Below are positions 60,241 through 64,000 of a stretch of 64,000 nt of DNA, piece by piece (position 1 is the stretch's first letter; every line of letters begins with the position of its first letter). The translations under genes were made by a program, and so were the position numbers. The notes under the pieces were generated by a model. The model had not been told where the DNA came from. It saw only the letters and a program-made list of their open reading frames with translations, and did not search any database. The DNA is from Basidiobolus meristosporus CBS 931.73 (Eukaryota > Fungi > Basidiobolomycota), in the NCBI GenBank assembly GCA_002104905.1, contig MCFE01000340.1, forward strand, positions 1 to 64,000, given 5' to 3'.

Positions 60241-60279
60241 CTGCTTTCTGACATGATCATCATAATTATATATCATATG

Positions 60280-60430
60280 CAGTGAATATGGGAGCCTGTG
60301 AACACATCATGGCATAAAGCTATAGGGATCCTGTCAAGGAGATTCAAGATGGATGTTAAGCTGGAGGAACTCCTTGAGATGCAAGCTGTATGGAGCTACT
60401 AGCTGAGAGTGGCCCTTGGATCAGTATTAG
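60280..60430 (+). repeat. Short diverged family C fragment
   Basis: atatgggagcctgtgaacacatcatggcataaagctatagg encodes WEPVNTSWHKAIG; atggagctactagctgag also matches. Confidence 0.6.
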
Positions 60431-60659
60431 TGAGCTGTACAAGGGATAGACTAGTTTGGTGTAAGCCACAGTAGAGGTGTGTTTGGGTATTCACCTCAAA
60501 TAGACCAGTCATAATACAGCAAAGGTAGGAGCACTGATAGATTCAATGGGTAAGGCTGTGGCCAGGTTTTCATGAATATTTGTGGTGCAATTCTGTTATG
60601 ATGGCCTTGTAATGTGCTCTGATAGTTTCACTACATCTTAGTCATGGGAACTCAGCTTT

Positions 60660-63600
60660 GTGATGGCTTTTAGACAGGTTATTGTAGTTCTTTTTGTGCA
60701 GATAGTACACCTACTGAGTGTATTTCCTGGCCCCCCTTTCTGTAACTCAAAACCCGTAAGTTCGCATCTCCACCGGTCACTCCAAATCCACAGCCGGGTG
60801 GCTAGCGGTGGTTGTCCATCGAGATGGTATCAAATCGGGGACATTTTTTAGAAACGCTGGCTAAAAAAGGCCTCTTCCCTACGAATCACCCACAACCCAC
60901 TTGGTCTCGTCCTATCGCCACTGCTGGTCATCGGCCATCCAGCATCCCTAATGAACCAAAGCGTGCACACGTCCCAGTAGCTAAGGTAGAACCCTCCCCT
61001 CCCCCGCATCGATCGCTCCGAACGAACGATCCCGAAGACGATTAGGAGATTTCCCAACGGTCAGCCACTGGATCGATCGAGACCTTGGAAGTGTGCAACG
61101 GACATTTCCATTGGGCAGGTGCCAAGTCGGACATAATAAAACCCCACATCTCTGAGCTGGCCAGAGTAAGGATGGTATTGGACCGACACCTTACATAGAA
61201 GGTGCCCACTCGAACCAGCCAGCTGCAATGGCATTTCACGAGCGGCATTACTTGGGGCCAGTCCAATGGCCAACAAGAGCAATACGCTCGAATCACCTAA
61301 TATCCGCTCACAGCATGCTAAGCCGGCCACGGTTGCATACGCCCATATGTAGAGATCCAACCAGGTAGCTAGCTGGTGGGATCGATGAAGCAGTCAATCC
61401 ACCGGGGATTACTTGGATCCTAGCTCGAGGGGCCCCTTTTCCTCGGAGCACCCGCACCAAAATCAGGTGTGCATAGGTGTGGGCCAAATATCATGGTGCA
61501 AGGAGTGCTCGCGCTTAGGGTAGGCCAGCAAGTCGGGGTGTAAAGCTAAAATTCTGAACCGCTCACTCCCTCCAATCCCAGATTGAATGTAAAAAGACCG
61601 GCAGACAATTAGTACGCACCAACTTTCCCCCCCCCAACCCTCTGATGACACAGCTACCCGCTCTCCAACCGCATTGGCGGTGTGTTGGGGGTGGGATTTA
61701 CCGACTACGCCAGAGAAGGCATCTGGCACAAGTGAGTTGTCGGGACTGAACAGTCTAGAAAGAGAGTGATGTGACTCACTCGAGATGCGCGGCTGATAGT
61801 GGGATGTGGGATGTGGGATATGTGGTATTGGTGTATTTCCAGACTACGCAGGTGGATTAGATCCATACGAGAGGCAGGGGGTCGAACCAACGATTTCCCG
61901 CCTAGGCGATATGCAGAAACGGCCGCGCACCACAATGGCGTCCAACTTATTTGCGTGTATCTCTGAAGGCGGCAACCACCATAGAATCCGTCCAATCAGT
62001 GGCTTCGTCTGGCTCAGACATATGCAGCACCATTTCATTCGCGAGCGACGAGATCGACCAATTCTCACCGAAGTTGGGGGCCATGGATGCAGGGCGCTAC
62101 GATAACGTCAACCTGACGAAGATTGGCGAGTGATGGCTGTGGGGGGGGGAGGGAAGATGTTTCAGGACAGGCGAAATTTTCGGCATGCCCTTGTCTGCCT
62201 CCCGCCCCAGCAGATGTCAGACAACCGAAAGAACGTTAAGCATGCATTGTTCTCAAGGTTTCAGCTTGATGAGCTTAAAATTCGGATTTGCATCAGAAAT
62301 TGAATTTCTGATGGGTGGCACTGGAGTTATTCGGTCGCACAAAGGACCATTGAGTACACACGCCGCACCGCTACTGCTACCGGCCCTCGGACGCAACTTC
62401 CTGCTGGAAGTACAATGTATCCAGATCCGGAAATAGGCAGGTATTTCTGGCCCACCTGAAGCCTCGTGTCCTCAAAATAGAGGAGGAGCGGCACCCAAAA
62501 CGAATGGGCATCCCCGATTCCCATAAATGGCATAGGTGAACCCTGGTGATTGCTCGCTACCCCATTGACAGCCACGAACTCCAGATCACTCCAATGGACC
62601 GAGGGACGGAAAAATATTTCTAGGCCGGGAGAGCATGACTGGCTATCTTGATCCAGGCTTCATCCCCACCGCCCCCTTTTTCCAGCCATCTCATTGAAGC
62701 ATCCCCCCCTGCCGCCACACGTGGGTTGGTCTCTCTTGAGGAATGGTTGAGCTGTAGTGCGTTCGGCTCGGATCAATCGAAGACCTCGCAGATAACGTAC
62801 GCGGTTGGGTTCACGCCTACCGCCTCTCCCGAGCCAACCCACACTGCTCCAGCATCCATGAGACCAGGAACATCTCATTAGCCGCGGGATCTTGGCATGG
62901 AGTCGGCTGCTCAGGAGGGAATCCAGTAAGAATCATCCGGAGATGAGCCGCACCTCCCAATCAACCCCCACCTGACAAGGGGGCCGGCTGGTGATCCCTG
63001 CCATTACCGTTACGTGGTTACCGTTTCAGGAGGGATGCGGGAAAGGGGAGAACCGTTTTGGGGATTTATTTGATCTTGGATTCTGGCCCTGGGGGATCTA
63101 ACCCTAAGTATCACCCTGCGTTGATGAGCTTTTCCCGACTCGGTATGGGATTTATCCGAGGTCGGTTTACTCGGTCGAGAAAATTACGTGGGAGTGCAGT
63201 GGGGGAGGGGGGAGGGGGAGGGGGAGGGGGAGAGGGGAGGGAAGTCCGAACAGGGATGAGGATTAAGCATGGCCCAGGGTTGGATCCCTCGGGAACTCTT
63301 TGGATGATGCGCCCAGAGGCGACTATTGATGGCTTCAAGTGGGATGGTTACGGGCGCAGATTGAAGAGGGCGACCGCCTCGCTAGTTGCGTGGCCAACTA
63401 ACCGAGGGTTGAAAAAGCCGACCTAACGTCTCTATGGTGGAAGACCTGGTGTAAGTTTTCGGGGTCTTTAATGCCTAGGCCAAGCCAAAATTCATGCGAC
63501 AGGTGTGATGCATCAATGGTAGGGAATTTAAATACGGCTAGTAACCCAGATATGGAAGAGTGGGGGAGCCATGGTTCGAGCGGGAAGGTGGATAGGGGGC

Positions 63601-64000
63601 CTTCGTGATCAACCACGCGCTCATCCGTTCAATGATGTGCAAGAGATCCATCGGTACCTAGGCTCACAAGGGTTCCCAAGGGAAGGCAGTAATATTCTAG
63701 TAGACAGAGATTGTGAAATACTACAATGAGGGGAAACGATTTAATTTGGGGGAGAATAAAGGGGAAAGTATTGCAAAGGAAGATGCCAGCACCACGTAAA
63801 TCGCTGATGACTCAAGTGACCGTGTGTCGTGATGAAGAGGACAGTGAATGCTACGGGGAAGCATCCATATAACTAAATACAACAAGGGGTGAACAGCATT
63901 TCTCAAGAGTTCAGTCTCTGCATGGTACTTTCAATGTCTTTCAAGATCCCCAGGTACCTAAAGCACTGGGCCCATTGCGCTTTTAGTTTGTCCATGGCAC
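60660..64000 (+). other. Unresolved CpG-retaining region; possibly a very old LINE-like RT remnant
   Basis: Weak motifs appear in RT order: RIRPIS (61983), DQFSPKLGAMDA (62056), TGV..GPLS (~62320), LEEWLSCSAFGSDQSKT (~62735) and LGIYLILDS (63058). Frames differ and some spacings are too long. Confidence 0.25.
63201..63241 (+). repeat. (GGGGGA)n G-rich tract, potential G-quadruplex
   Basis: GGGGGAGGGGGGAGGGGGAGGGGGAGGGGGAGAGGGGAGGG has at least six runs of 4 or more G separated by short A loops. Confidence 0.8.

Overview
Eukaryotic genomic DNA, most likely from an early-diverging (non-Dikarya) fungus. That assignment is an inference from 48-111 bp GT-AG introns with CTAAC/CTAAT-type branch points, fungal-type genes and retained CH/GAR cytoskeletal architecture. 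Six spliced or intact genes can be rebuilt: a soluble fumarate reductase (FRD1/OSM1-like, +), a bHLH-ZIP transcription factor (-), V-ATPase subunit a (VPH1-like, -, intronless), a 1392-aa degenerate-bromodomain plus atypical kinase protein (+), a 2181-aa CH-CH / helical rod / GAR protein with spectraplakin-like architecture (-), and PUS7 with a mitochondrial-presequence-like N-terminus (+). Two CpG-depleted nested transposon clusters lie at about 12.4-20.9 kb and 43.1-60.7 kb. They contain a TSD-flanked Ty1/copia element, solo LTRs of two families, CACTA/tnp2-like transposase remnants, half of a chromodomain Ty3 element, a young Ty3/gypsy element with an extra ORF after pol, and at least seven pieces of an unclassified coding repeat (here called family C). 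The best leads are the fungal spectraplakin-like gene, the bromodomain-kinase fusion, the extra ORF of the young Ty3, CpG-targeted inactivation of that young element, and family C with its back-to-back link to CACTA transposase. Stretches at 5.3-12.4 kb, 21-22.3 kb, 25-28.9 kb and 60.7-64 kb could not be resolved by eye. Gene models were spliced manually and no searches were run.
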